From Ostreococcus lucimarinus (taxonomy: Eukaryota): a DNA stretch of 64,000 nt. Below the pieces are notes generated by a model. It was not told the DNA's origin. It saw only the letters and a program-made list of their open reading frames with translations, and made no database searches. Shown one piece after another: positions 29,752 to 40,484 of this stretch. Position 1 is the first letter of the stretch, and each line of letters starts with the position of its first letter. The position numbers were made by a program, and so were the translations under genes. Location: the NCBI GenBank assembly GCA_000092065.1, contig CP000591.1, one strand, 5' to 3'.

Positions 29752-31932
29752 CTAACTATGGGTGGTGTGAACGCCGTCGCCGTCGACGAAGCGCTCGCCG
29801 CGGGCGAACGCGGTGAGCTTCGCGCGAAGGGTTTCGCTCCGCCGCTTGCGGTGCTCGACGTTTTCGACCAAGGACATCTTGGCGGAAAAGACGTTCGATT
29901 TCATGTCGATGAGTCTCGCCGCGAGACGGCGGCGCTCGGCGTCGACGGTGGCGACGTATTTGGTGGCTTCGTCTTTTGCGTCGGCGATGAGATCGGCGGC
30001 GGGTGTGTGGGCGTCGATCTCGTCCTCGAGACGGCGCGTCGCGAAGTCGCGCTTTTCGTCGAGCGCGGCGTAGAGCGCCTCGGATTTCAAACGCAATTTC
30101 GCCGTGGTTTCGTCGAAGCGACGCATTTCGTCGATTATTCGCGCACCAACGAGGTTGCGGGAGACGATCATGTCGTTGTAATCCTCGTCACGGTCAAGGG
30201 AGTGCTTTTCTCGAAGCGCAAACGCGGACGCGCATCGTTCGCGTTCTGCTTGACGCTCAAACGCCGCTGTGGTTTCTTCCACATCTTTCGCCGCGTGAGA
30301 TGCGGTTGAACATAGCTCGGCGCGCGCATTGAGTTTGCACGACACCTTATGACACATTGTTTCGAAACTTGCGAAATCGGCGAGCATCGCTTCGCGGTTG
30401 CGTTGCATGCGTTTCAACAACTCAACAGCGTCGACTTGATCATCGCTCGGCGCGCTCACGAATTCGGAGACACCATCTGTGCCGAACGCCACGTGTGCGA
30501 CGTGTTCGGGGAAACATTCTATGGCGTGCTGTCTATAGTGCTCTTTTGGAACCTTCACATCGCATCCAAACCGCGCGTGCTCGCACACAGACTCAATCAT
30601 CGGGCACGTCGTCTTTTCATGTGATTCGCGTTGCTCAGCGGGCATGATGCGCCGGCACAGTGGGCATTGAAACTCCCTAGCTTTGCATCGTAGCTTGTGA
30701 TCGCCCATTCTTCGTAAGCTCACTTCGCGAGTGCAGTATTCACACGGTCGTTGTTGGTACTGACACGACGCTCTGTGCTGAGCGATGCGTTCGCGCGGCA
30801 CCGTCTCTTTGCAAGTCTCTCGCGTTTCCGAATCTTCGAGTCGACACACGACGGGGTGCAACAAACATTCTGTTGCCACGTGCGCGTCGACGCCGTCGCG
30901 AGCGCCGCGCCACTTACACCGTCTATACGGACAGTGCACTTCAATTTGACCACAAATCATCACGTGTGCGCGCATCTTACGCACTTGTACCGATCGATCG
31001 CAGTCGGCGCACTTTTGAATCCTGTATTCGCACGTCGCTCGGTGCGAATCCATCGTGCGTCGCGGCACCACCGCGTGGCATTTCTCTGCCTTGTTCGTGC
31101 TCTCTGCCGGCAACGAGCACCTCATAAGCGTGTACTCGCACGTTTCCTCGTGCGCGCGCACTTTGCCCAGCGTGGAAACCGCTCGGCAGCCGTCCAAGGC
31201 GACTTTCCACACTAAATTGTCCCCACCCGCGTGCGGCGTCGCCACGTTGCAGCACATAACCGGTAACGCATCTAAGCGCATCTGCGTCTGTACGTCCAAC
31301 CCAAAAAGCTTCGCGCGCGCATCTCCCTCATTTTCGCGTCCACAAGGCGCGCAAAACAACCGCCCCTGCGCGTTCACCAACGGCTCCGCGGCAAAGTCTC
31401 TACACGTGTGACATCGCAACTCATCCGGCGGCGGCGTCAACACCATCGTCCCCGCGCGTCGCCACCGCGTGAGCGACTCCGAAAGATGAAACCAATTATG
31501 TATCATTAGTTCCGACGTCGCCATCGTTCCCTCGGGCACGATACCTTCCTCTTCCGCTCGTTTCGCCTCCGCCGCGCACGCCTCCGCCGCGCTCTTCGGC
31601 GTCGTCACCGCCGTCAGCGGCCACCACTTTCCCCTCTCCTCCTCGCTCGCGTCGCTCTCCGTGTCGCTCTGATCGCGTCCATCGTGCGCCACCTCTTCGC
31701 ACCGCGCGGCGTACAGTCTTTCGACGTCTTCCGCTAATAACGCGCCCTTGGCGTTGGCGATGGATTCAACAAACTTTTGCGTCGTCAGATGTTTATCGCG
31801 CCGTCGCGCGCGGGCCTCGTCCTCGCTCGAATCGCTCGATCGCGCGTCGTCGCGCGTGCGCACGGGTGCGTCTTCCACGGCGGGCGCGAGCGCGCGCGCG
31901 CCGCGGACGGCGTCGCGGCGGGGGCGGGACAT
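29752..31932 (-). CDS. RING plus multiple TRAF-type zinc-finger protein with a C-terminal coiled coil (TRAF-like E3 ligase; no MATH domain seen)
   Basis: CHTCRDFAAEPLVNAQGRLFCAPC is RING-like. It is followed by repeated C-x2-C-x11-12-H-x3-5-C/H units (for example CEYRIQKCADCDRSVQVRKMRAHVMIC ... HCPYRRCKW) and a long coiled coil. Start is uncertain; the ATG at 31932 was chosen and the track start at 32040 is also possible. Confidence 0.55.
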   Translation of the reverse strand: MSRPRRDAVRGARALAPAVEDAPVRTRDDARSSDSSEDEARARRRDKHLTTQKFVESIANAKGALLAEDVERLYAARCEEVAHDGRDQSDTESDASEEERGKWWPLTAVTTPKSAAEACAAEAKRAEEEGIVPEGTMATSELMIHNWFHLSESLTRWRRAGTMVLTPPPDELRCHTCRDFAAEPLVNAQGRLFCAPCGRENEGDARAKLFGLDVQTQMRLDALPVMCCNVATPHAGGDNLVWKVALDGCRAVSTLGKVRAHEETCEYTLMRCSLPAESTNKAEKCHAVVPRRTMDSHRATCEYRIQKCADCDRSVQVRKMRAHVMICGQIEVHCPYRRCKWRGARDGVDAHVATECLLHPVVCRLEDSETRETCKETVPRERIAQHRASCQYQQRPCEYCTREVSLRRMGDHKLRCKAREFQCPLCRRIMPAEQRESHEKTTCPMIESVCEHARFGCDVKVPKEHYRQHAIECFPEHVAHVAFGTDGVSEFVSAPSDDQVDAVELLKRMQRNREAMLADFASFETMCHKVSCKLNARAELCSTASHAAKDVEETTAAFERQAERERCASAFALREKHSLDRDEDYNDMIVSRNLVGARIIDEMRRFDETTAKLRLKSEALYAALDEKRDFATRRLEDEIDAHTPAADLIADAKDEATKYVATVDAERRRLAARLIDMKSNVFSAKMSLVENVEHRKRRSETLRAKLTAFARGERFVDGDGVHTTHS

Positions 31933-32062
31933 CGCGGCGACGTCCCGGCCCGCGGCTCGCAGTGGCGCGTCGCGGCGCGGCGTCGCGGTTCTCTGATGGC
32001 GTTCGGGCCACTGATCGATACACATGATACATACAATCACAAAATGACGAACGAAGGCGCGC

Positions 32063-32902
32063 CTAATACCCGCACAAATGCTCGTCCTTGAGGATGATGC
32101 CGAAGTGCGAGGGATCGCCGCCGGCGTCCTTGGCGCGCTCGGATTTCGCGAAGGCTTCGCGCGCGTCTCGCTTGACTAAGTCTTTCCCGATCAACGTCTC
32201 GGTCGGTTTGCCGAGCTTTTCGCAACAATAAAAGACAATTTTGGGCGTGCGCTTTTGCTCGACGACGCGCAAACCGCACGCGCGAAGCAAACGGCTCATC
32301 TTCTCTTGCGACATGCGCGTGGACGCCGTGACGCAACGCAACGGAAGCATCATAAAGAATAATCCTTTCGGACGTAAAAACGTCGCCGTGCGCGCGATCA
32401 TCTCCCCCCTGAGCTCCGCCGTGGGCACACAATTCACCACCATGCTCGAGTGTATCACGTCGTACGATTCAGCCTCCACGGGCATGTCAAAAAAATCCAA
32501 CTGTTCAATCTTCGGATGCCGCGACTTGACGTCGATGGCGCGCACGTCTAAAAATTTCGCGCTCATCAAATCCGTATTGATCGCCCCAACCTCCAAAGTC
32601 TTAAGCGCGCGCTCTCCGCGCTTCGGTCGTCGATTCTTTTTCGTCAGCACGCTAAACGTCCACTTCGCCGTTCGATGTCTCCGCGTCGTCAGCGCGCTCG
32701 CCTCTTGATACGCGTCCCGTCCCCCGATCGCTTCCAGCGTCGCCTTCGCCCTCGCCTTCGCCTCTTTCGACGCCTTCGCGTCGTCCAACACTCGCGTGAC
32801 GCCGTGAAACTCCGTCGTCACCGCTCGCGCGCGCTTCATCGACTTCATCGACGCGAACAGCGGTTTCGTCGCCTTGCGCTTTTTCCCGCGCGGCGTCCCC
32901 AT
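32063..32902 (-). CDS. BMT2: BMT2/SAMTOR-family SAM-dependent methyltransferase (25S rRNA m1A2142 methyltransferase-like)
   Basis: The C-terminal domain (LKTLEVGAINTDL ... RAIDVKS ... DVIHSSMVVNCVPTAELRGEMIARTATFLRPKGLFFMMLPLRCV) fits the Bmt2/SAMTOR fold. ATG at 32902; the ORF-track N-terminus is Arg-rich junk. Confidence 0.65.
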   Translation of the reverse strand: MGTPRGKKRKATKPLFASMKSMKRARAVTTEFHGVTRVLDDAKASKEAKARAKATLEAIGGRDAYQEASALTTRRHRTAKWTFSVLTKKNRRPKRGERALKTLEVGAINTDLMSAKFLDVRAIDVKSRHPKIEQLDFFDMPVEAESYDVIHSSMVVNCVPTAELRGEMIARTATFLRPKGLFFMMLPLRCVTASTRMSQEKMSRLLRACGLRVVEQKRTPKIVFYCCEKLGKPTETLIGKDLVKRDAREAFAKSERAKDAGGDPSHFGIILKDEHLCGY

Positions 32903-33204
32903 CGGTCGTCCCGCGTCGTCCCGCGTCGTCGTCCCGCGTCGTCGTCGCGCGCGCGCGATCGTTCGTTCGTTCGCGCGTCGCGTCGCGCCGCCGCCGTCGC
33001 GACGCGTCGCGCCGCGCCGCCGCCGTCGCGCGTCGCGTCGCGAAATCACACCGCGCGCGACGCCGTCGCCATCGGCCGCGCGCGGTCGACGACCCGCGCG
33101 CACTTCGCGACGCGACCGATCGATCGGTCGCCATGGGGAGTGCGTCGCGCGCGCCGATCGCGACGACGGAATCGCGACGCGATGACGCGCCGACCGCGAC
33201 GCGC

Positions 33205-33262
33205 GTTCGATCGATGGATCGATGGATGGCTCGATGGATGGATGGATGAATGGATGGATCGC
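33205..33262. repeat. (GGAT/GATG)n microsatellite in the divergent promoter between the BMT2-like gene (-) and annexin (+)
   Basis: cgatcgatggatcgatggatggctcgatggatggatggatgaatggatggatcg, read directly. Confidence 0.85.
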
Positions 33263-33366
33263 GAAGTGCGCTCGAAATGCGCTCGAAAGCGCGCGATGAC
33301 GCGATGACTGACGAAGCGACGCGCGACGCGCGATGAATAGTATGCTCGAGCGCGCCGGAACCGACG

Positions 33367-34983
33367 ATGCGGGCGGACTTCGGACCGTGCCCGCAGGATA
33401 GAGACGGACGCGCGGCGTGGGAGTTGGCGAACGCAATCGCGTGCGAGAATACGCGAGAGATTCTGAAGCGGATCGTGCTGAACGTGCCGGTGTTTTCGAA
33501 CCCGCGAGGGATGTTGAGGATGGATTACATTAAGCGCGTGATCGTGGAAACGTACAACATGATGGGGTACGGGGATTTGAAGTCGGACGTGAAGGAGAAG
33601 ACGCACGGGGACTTGGAAGATTTCATGATGTCGTTGTTGAGCGATAGATTGGATTTCGAGGCGCAGACGGTGATGCGAGCGATTAAGGGTTTCGGTACGG
33701 ATGAAGCGACGCTGATCACCATTCTGTGCACGCTCGCGGAGGAGGATATCTTGCCGTTGCAAATGGCGTTTTCGTCGCGATACGAAAAGTCCATGGAACA
33801 AGCCGTGCTGTCGGAGACGAGCGGAAAGTTTAAGCGCGTGCTTTTGCTCGCCGGTTGCGATGGCGTGGGTGAATCATACGCGAAAGTCATTAATTCCGCC
33901 GTCGCTGGTCTCGGTACGGACACCAAGGCTATTATTCGCTTGATGGTGACGGCGACGCCCGAGCAACTCGACGCGACGCGCGAGGCGTACTCTCGGATCT
34001 ACAAGAAGGATCTCATCCGCGCCGTGGGAAGCGAGTGGAAGGTGAGGGGCGATTTCAAGCGAATAATCGAAGCCTTGGCGAAGCGTCACCCGGCGAACGT
34101 GAACGATGACGCCGATATCGATTACTCCGCCGACGTGCGAGCCATGCGCAACGCCGTCGAAGGCATGGGCACCGACGAAGCCGCCGTCATCGCCCTCTTG
34201 GCGAACAAGTCGCACAAGCAGATCGAGGCCTTCCGTGAAGCGTACAAGATCGAAACCGGGGAGTTGCTGCGCGAACGCATTCGCAACGAAACCACTGGTT
34301 TGTTTGAGAGCAAGCTGTTCCGCGAAACGCTCATGGGTTTGCTGACGCCGCGCGAGGAACAAATCGCCATCTACCTCGGCGAAGCGATGGCGGGCTGGGG
34401 CAACGACGATTGGGGTCTTATTTCTATGCTCGTTCATCGCACGGAGGAAGAAAAGATGGCGATTCGCACCAAATACACCGAACACTTCGGTGGCGATCTC
34501 ATCGCTGACATCCGCTCAAACTGCCGCGGCGACTACGAAGACGCCCTCGTGGCGTGCATCTCTCCGAAGGCGCGCACGCTCGCCCGCGGTATCCGAAAGT
34601 GCATCTCTGGTTGGTTCTCGAGCACCAACAAGACCGGTCTCATGGCGCTCATGACGCACAAGGACGACTTGATGCCCATCTTGCGCAAGGAGTTTGAAAA
34701 GGAATACAACGGCAAGACGCTGCAGGGCGTCATAAAAAAAGAGTGCGCGGGCGAGTTCGAAGCCGCTTTGGTCTCTCTCGCCTCGTACACCCCGCCCAAG
34801 GGCGCCAAGCCGTTAGGTCCGGACGACGAAGTTCCACCGCCACCGGAATCCGCCGCGCCGCCGCAACCCGTCGGCTACGGCGCCGTCGCGCCGCCGCAAA
34901 CCGTGTACGTCACGGCGCCACCCGCTGGCTACCCCCCCGGCGGGTACGCCCCGCAACCGCCCGCGCGTCAAGATTCGTGGTAA
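33367..34983 (+). CDS. annexin (at least 4-5 annexin repeats) with a C-terminal Pro/Gly/Tyr-rich tail
   Basis: Repeat endonexin folds are present: KGFGTDEATLITIL, AGLGTDTKAIIRLM, EGMGTDEAAVIALL, AGWGNDDWGLISML. The last roughly 60 aa are PPKGAKPLGPDDEVPPPPESAAPPQPVGYGAVAPPQTVYVTAPPAGYPPGGYAPQPP. Confidence 0.85.
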   Translation: MRADFGPCPQDRDGRAAWELANAIACENTREILKRIVLNVPVFSNPRGMLRMDYIKRVIVETYNMMGYGDLKSDVKEKTHGDLEDFMMSLLSDRLDFEAQTVMRAIKGFGTDEATLITILCTLAEEDILPLQMAFSSRYEKSMEQAVLSETSGKFKRVLLLAGCDGVGESYAKVINSAVAGLGTDTKAIIRLMVTATPEQLDATREAYSRIYKKDLIRAVGSEWKVRGDFKRIIEALAKRHPANVNDDADIDYSADVRAMRNAVEGMGTDEAAVIALLANKSHKQIEAFREAYKIETGELLRERIRNETTGLFESKLFRETLMGLLTPREEQIAIYLGEAMAGWGNDDWGLISMLVHRTEEEKMAIRTKYTEHFGGDLIADIRSNCRGDYEDALVACISPKARTLARGIRKCISGWFSSTNKTGLMALMTHKDDLMPILRKEFEKEYNGKTLQGVIKKECAGEFEAALVSLASYTPPKGAKPLGPDDEVPPPPESAAPPQPVGYGAVAPPQTVYVTAPPAGYPPGGYAPQPPARQDSW

Positions 34984-35289
34984 TCGCGCCGCGTTCCGTC
35001 GCGTCGGCGCCGTCTTTCATAAAAACTCTTCATCCGTCATCCAACCACCGTCCGCGCGTGCGTCTCGTCACTCATCGCCTCGCGCGATCGCGGCGCTCGA
35101 CCGATGCCGCCTCAGACGCGCCGCGCGCGCGCGACCGTCGCGGTGCGTCGCGCGCGTCGTCTCGCGCGACGCGGCGACGTCGAGATTCGACCGCGCGAAT
35201 TCCCGCGCGACGCCCGAATCTGACGTCGCGACGCGCGCGCGACGCGAAGACTGACGCGAACGCGCGCGCGAACGCTCGAATAGGCGACG

Positions 35290-36474
35290 ATGGTGAGCGC
35301 GATGGCGATGCTCGCCGCGCCGGCGCGCGGGAGCGAGTTACATCGCGTGCGGATGACGAAGAGAGAGGCGCCGGAGGACGGCGGCGCGGCGTGGCGCGCG
35401 CGCGCGGAGGCGAGCGTGGAGCGATTGCGGAAGAGGTACGACGCGAAAGAAGGGACGATGGACGCGAGCGATGAAGAACGGTCGGCGCCGAAGCGCGGGG
35501 GCGTGGATGTACACAATTACATGGATGCGCAGTATTACGGGGAGATTGAAATCGGCAACCCGCGACAAAAGTTCCAAGTCGTCTTCGACACCGGAAGCTC
35601 GAACCTCTGGGTGCCGAGCTCGAAGTGTGGATTTCTGCAGATTCCGTGCGACTTGCACGCAAAGTTCGATTCGCGAGCGTCGGAGACGTACGAGGCGGAT
35701 GGGACGCCGTTTGCGATTCAGTACGGAAGCGGCTCGTTGAGCGGATTTTTGTCCAAGGACGAAGTCAAAGTCGGCGACTTGGTCGTCCAGGGGCAGTACT
35801 TCGCCGAAGCGACGAAAGAGCCGGGGATCGCGTTCTTGTTTTCGAAGTTCGACGGTATACTCGGTCTCGGGTTCGACAACATCGCCGTGGACAAGGTGAA
35901 GCCGGTGTTCTACAACATGATGGAGCAAGGCTTGGTTGAAAATAAAATGTTTAGCTTTTGGCTGAACCGCACGTCGACGAAGGATGGGATGCCGAGCGAG
36001 GTCGGTGGCGAGCTCATTTTTGGCGGGTCTGATCCCGACCACTTCATCGGCGAGCACACGTACGCCCCCGTCACGCGTGAAGGGTACTGGCAAATCAAAA
36101 TGGACGACTTCAAAGTCGACGGGCGTTCGTTGGGCGCGTGCGACGGCGACGACGGTTGCCAAGTCATCGCCGATACGGGGACGTCCTTGCTCGCCGGTCC
36201 GACGGAGATCGTAAACAAGATTAACGACTACATCGGCGCACACTCTATGATCGGCGAGGAGTGCCGATTATTGATCGATCAGTACGCCGAACAGTTTGTA
36301 GAAGACCTCGAGAACTACTCGAGCGAGCAAATTTGCGCCTCCATCGGCGCGTGCGACGCCGACGGAGTGGAAGCGATGGAAGCCGATGACGACGATGATG
36401 TTACTTCGCATCTCGCCATCGCTCGAAAGTTGTTGCATCGCCACGGCGATCACGATGGACACGACCACGATGGA

Positions 36475-36514
<40 letters not shown>

Positions 36515-37044
36515 GAGATGGCCGCCGCGGTCATCGCGAACACGAGCGTCGCGGCCGCCGCGGTCCGCGTCGCCACGGTCGAGGTCCGCATCATCACGGA
36601 CGCCATCCACCGCGAGGCGAGCTTGGTAAATCCTCGAGCTCGTTTGAAGGCCAAATCGCGTGCACGGCGTGCAAAACCGTCGTCAATTACGCGCAAGACA
36701 TGCTCGCGCAAAACGTCACCGAGAAAATAATCGTCAACGAAGTCAAGCGCGTGTGCGATATGGTTCCTAGCGTCGGTGGCACCGCGTCCGTGGATTGCGA
36801 CAACATCCCAAACATGCCCGACGTCGAATTCGTCATCGGCGGCGTCCCTTTCAAGCTCACACCCGAGCAATACGTCTTAAAAGTCTACCAAGACGGCGAG
36901 GCGCAGTGCGTGAGCGGTTTCATGGGCATGGACATCCCGAAGCCCGCGGGTCCGCTTTGGATCTTGGGCGACGTGTTTTTGGGCCCGTACCACACTGAAT
37001 TCGACTACGCCAACCGTCGCGTCGGCTTCGCGCCCGCGGCGTGA
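35290..37044 (+). CDS. pepsin-family (A1) aspartic protease, phytepsin/cathepsin-D-like, with a saposin-like plant-specific insert
   Basis: Both active-site motifs VVFDTGSSNLWVPS and VIADTGTSLLAGP are present. The insert between the lobes has saposin cysteines (EECRLLIDQYAEQFV ... ICASIGAC ... IACTACKTVVNYAQDML ... VKRVCDMVP). Inside the insert sits a His/Asp repeat HGDHDGHDHDGHDHDHDHDHDHDHGDG ... HHHGRH. Confidence 0.9.
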
Positions 37045-37193
37045 GCCATTCCTCCGCGTCGCGGACGCGTCTTGTAATCACACTCCGACACGTATACATT
37101 TCAAAAGCACCAGCCAGCGCTCGTGCAACTTCCGTCGTCATCGCGACGCCCCACACGACGACGCGCGAATCTCGCGCGGTTCGCGCGGGTGAT

Positions 37194-37626
37194 GGTGGAA
37201 ACGCGTTCGAGTCCTCGTCGCGCGCGCGCAGAAACCGCGTCATCGCGCGCGGCGACGACGGAAACGACGACGGAAACGGCGCCAACGCCGTCGTCCACCG
37301 GTCTCATCTTGAACGTCAAAACCTGGCACGGCGTCGGCGCGTGGACGTGGGGCGCCGGCGACGTCGGTGACGTGTGTGGCATATGTCGCATCGCCTTCGA
37401 CGGGTGCCCGCCGGACGCGAAGTTCCCAGGGGACGATTCTCCGGTGGTGTGGGGAAAGTGCGGGCACGCGTTTCATTTGCAGTGCATCACGAAGTGGTTG
37501 AGCGGGGCCAACGCGGAGGCGCCGAGGTGTCCGATTTGCCGAGGAGCGTGGGAGTTTAAGGAACTGGAGGGCGCGGACGCGAACGCGAACGCGAACGGGG
37601 GTCAGGGGGATGAGATGTCGACGTGA
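37194..37626 (+). CDS. APC11: anaphase-promoting complex subunit 11 (RING-H2) with a roughly 45-aa Ser/Thr-rich N-terminal extension
   Basis: LILNVKTWHGVGAWTWGAGDVGDVCGICRIAFDGCPPDAKFPGDDSPVVWGKCGHAFHLQCITKWL ... CPICRGAWEFKE is collinear with APC11 from plants and human. The first in-frame ATG is at 37194. No splice signals lie upstream. Confidence 0.8.
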
Positions 37627-37749
37627 CGTCGTCGTGAGTTAATTTGTTTAGCCTAGGTAGCCGTACAGTGTTTTGTAACGCGTAGTAACCTGATCGTACA
37701 GTACATCCGTCGGGGATTATTGATCTCACCGCGCGGGGTGAGTTTTGTT

Positions 37750-39613
37750 TTACTCTTTTATAATGTGTTGCCCGATCGCGGCCCAAGACGTGGGGCCCGC
37801 GACGGGACGGCCGATGGTGACGCGAGTCGCTGCTCGCTTGCGTCGCCACGAAGGAATGGATCCAGGAGCCGACTGCGGTGCCGCTCGAAACTGTTGCGAT
37901 TTCTTTGGCATCACCGCCGCACCAGCTTTGGCGACATTTGGCTGTTCGTACCATATTTCAGTGTCTTCAACCTTGACAGTCTGCTTGGCGCTCTTTTTGG
38001 GTGCCGCCGCGCTCGAGCTCGTCGGCGCTTTACGTTTACTGGCTGCGGACACTTTACCACCCTTGGACGCCGCAGCCTCGGCGGCGTCGTTTTCAGCCTC
38101 CGAACGATAGCGCCGAGCGTCGTATATACCGTATCTCCGGTCTTCAACGACTCGCCCACCCGCCGCGTCTGCGCCGTCGTTTTGAGAGGGCGCCGACTTT
38201 GCCTTTGGTTTTGCCTTCGACTTTGAAGTGGGTTGCGGCCTGATCTCCTCTTCGATCTCCTCGTCGTCGACCAAATCTTCGTCGATTTCTTCGTCGTCTT
38301 CGTCATCGACTTCGTCGTCTTCGTCTTCGTCGTCTTCGTCTTCGTCGCCATCCATGGTGAAACTCTTCTCTAAATCGTCGTCGTGGTCAAAAGCTGCCGA
38401 CGTCGTCGCTTTCGCGTTTGCCGCCGCATTGTTGTGTGCGCTGACGAGTGCTTCGGCAAACTCTGCGTCTACGGCCTCCAACGCCAGGCGCGCGTGCACG
38501 ACTGCGGCGTTCGCGGCTTCAAGCTTTTTGAGCTCGGTGAGCAACACGTGTTCAATTTCGTGCATGGGAGGTAACCCAGCCTCGGCGAGCACCTCGTTTG
38601 CAATCCTCACCGCGCGTTCCTCCTCATCTAAATCGTCGTCGTCCTCGTCGCTATCTACGAGATCTTCGTCGATTTCCTCATCGCTGTCGTCGTCGTGATC
38701 CGTGGCGTCTTCGTCCACCGCCGCCTTTGGCCTCTTTTCGCTCGGCTTCTTTTCGCTCGGCTTCTTAATGCCCCGTTTCACCGCTTCGTGCGCTTCTGCC
38801 GCGGCTTCAGCGGCACGAGCCACCTCTTCGTCGTCGTCTTCGTCCTCGTGCTCGCCAAAGTGCAAGTACTTGTCCCAGTCGGCGGTGTCTTCGCCCTCGC
38901 CGTCCTCGTAGTACTCATCCTCCCCGTGCGCGCCCACGAGCGCCTCGTGCACGCGCGCGCGCGCGGACGAGTACACCGCTTCCGCTTCTTCTACGACCGT
39001 CTTCATCCTCGCGAGTTCGCTCTCGGCGTGTTCGACTTCGTTCACCATGCCCGCGCGTTTCGCCTTGAGCTGGGTCACCACGGCGTCCACGCCGGCGTCG
39101 AATTTTGCCTTGGCCCCTGTCGATGGTCGACCGACGCCTGCGATTTCTTCGTACTCATCGTCCTCGTCTTGATCATCATCGTCGTGCCTGTGCCCGAACC
39201 TGGCTTTGAGCTTCTCCTTGGCGCTCATCGTCGGCGCGCCCGCGACGTTTGTCGTTCCGCCGCCGCCCTTCTTCGGCAACGCGTCTCGACTCACCGCCAT
39301 CGTTTTCTTCCCCCCCGCGCCCTTCTTCGCGCTCGACGCACTCGCGCCTTTACCCTTCTTCGCATTCACCGCCGCATTCGTCTTCCTCGCGCTCGCCGCG
39401 CTCGCAGCTTTTCCTCCCTTCGCGTTCGCCGCGCTCGCCCCCCTCGCGCCGCCCTTGTCCGCGCCGCGTCCCGCTTTCCCTCCCGTCGCGTTCGCCGCGT
39501 TCGCCGCCTTCACCGCGGCTTTATAAGGCACCTTCGCCGCCTCATCCACGCGCAAGTGTTGAAACTTGATCAAATTTCGCCACTTATCCTTCAATTGCAC
39601 CCCCGTGCGCGAC
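37750..39613 (-). CDS. single-Myb (telobox) histone-H1-tail protein, TRB/SMH-like, exon 2
   Basis: Starts with the end of the telobox (..RSRTGVQLKDKWRNLIKF), followed by a Lys/Ala-rich H1-like tail, long acidic D/E tracts and coiled-coil segments. The track's M at 39600 is a GTG codon inside the exon. Confidence 0.7.
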
Positions 39614-39814
39614 CTGCGTTCGCGCCGTTCGTCGTTCGCCCCTCGTCAGTCCCCGCGTCTCCCTCTCGCCTCGTCCGCGTCGTTCCCTCGCCCGCTCGAC
39701 GCGCCTCGCGCGCGCTCGCGTCCCATCCCATCGCTCGTCCCGCGCCGTTCGTTCGCGCGTTCGTTCGCGCGCGTCGTTCGTTCGTTCGTTCGCTCGCTCG
39801 CGTCGCGCGCGCAC

Positions 39815-40104
39815 CGCAACGCCGCGAATTCCGGATCATTTCGCATCTTCTCCCACGCCCCGATCCCGTGTTTCCGCACCGCGCGCTTCAGCGCCTGTTC
39901 CTCCGGTGCCTGCCAGTACCCTCGCACGCCGCTCGCCTCGCGCGCCGTCGTCGCGCCGTCGTCGCGCGCCGTCGCCGCCGCCCCTCGCTTCCCCGCGCGC
40001 TTCCTCGCGTCCTCCTTCGCGCGCTTCGCGCTCGCGCTCGCGCCGCGCGCCTTGCCGCTCGGCACGGGCGCGGCGTCGCGCGCGCCCTGGGCCTTGGCCG
40101 CCAT
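39815..40104 (-). CDS. TRB/SMH-like Myb protein, exon 1 (N-terminal part of the Myb domain), joined through a 201-bp intron (39814..39614)
   Basis: Encodes MAAKAQG ... GYWQAPEEQALKRAVRKHGIGAWEKMRNDPEFAAL, then a GTGCGC donor. ACTGACG lies 33 nt before the CAG acceptor. The spliced product DPEFAALRSRTGVQLKDKWRNL matches the plant TRB telobox [23 protein letters not shown]. Confidence 0.7.
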
Positions 40105-40390
40105 CCCGGCGTCGACCGCGCGCGATCGGCGACGCGTCGACCGCGCGCGAGGCGTCGGCGTCTCGCGCATTCGCCGGCGGCGGGCGCGCGATGGACGCCG
40201 TGACGTCCTTTTTTCATCCCGTTCGCGTAGTCTACAATATATGAACGACGCGCGCGCGCGTCGAAATCCGCGCGCGCGCGGCGCGCGGCGAATGCGCGAC
40301 CGGGCTGAGTCACGACCGGTCGCGAGTCGCGCGGGCGTGGATATTCGGACACTCGGCGTGTGCGTCGAACTGTATGCGCACACGAATGCG

Positions 40391-40425
40391 TCGGTCGGTC
40401 GGTCGGTCGGTCGGTCGGTCGGTCG
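40391..40425. repeat. (TCGG)8 tetranucleotide microsatellite in the divergent promoter between the TRB-like gene (-) and the SGNH hydrolase gene (+)
   Basis: tcggtcggtcggtcggtcggtcggtcggtcggtcg, read directly. Confidence 0.9.
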
Positions 40426-40484
40426 CCGCGTCCGTCAGTCATCCGCGCGCGGCGTCGCGTCCGCGCGTCGCCGCGCGTCGGCGC

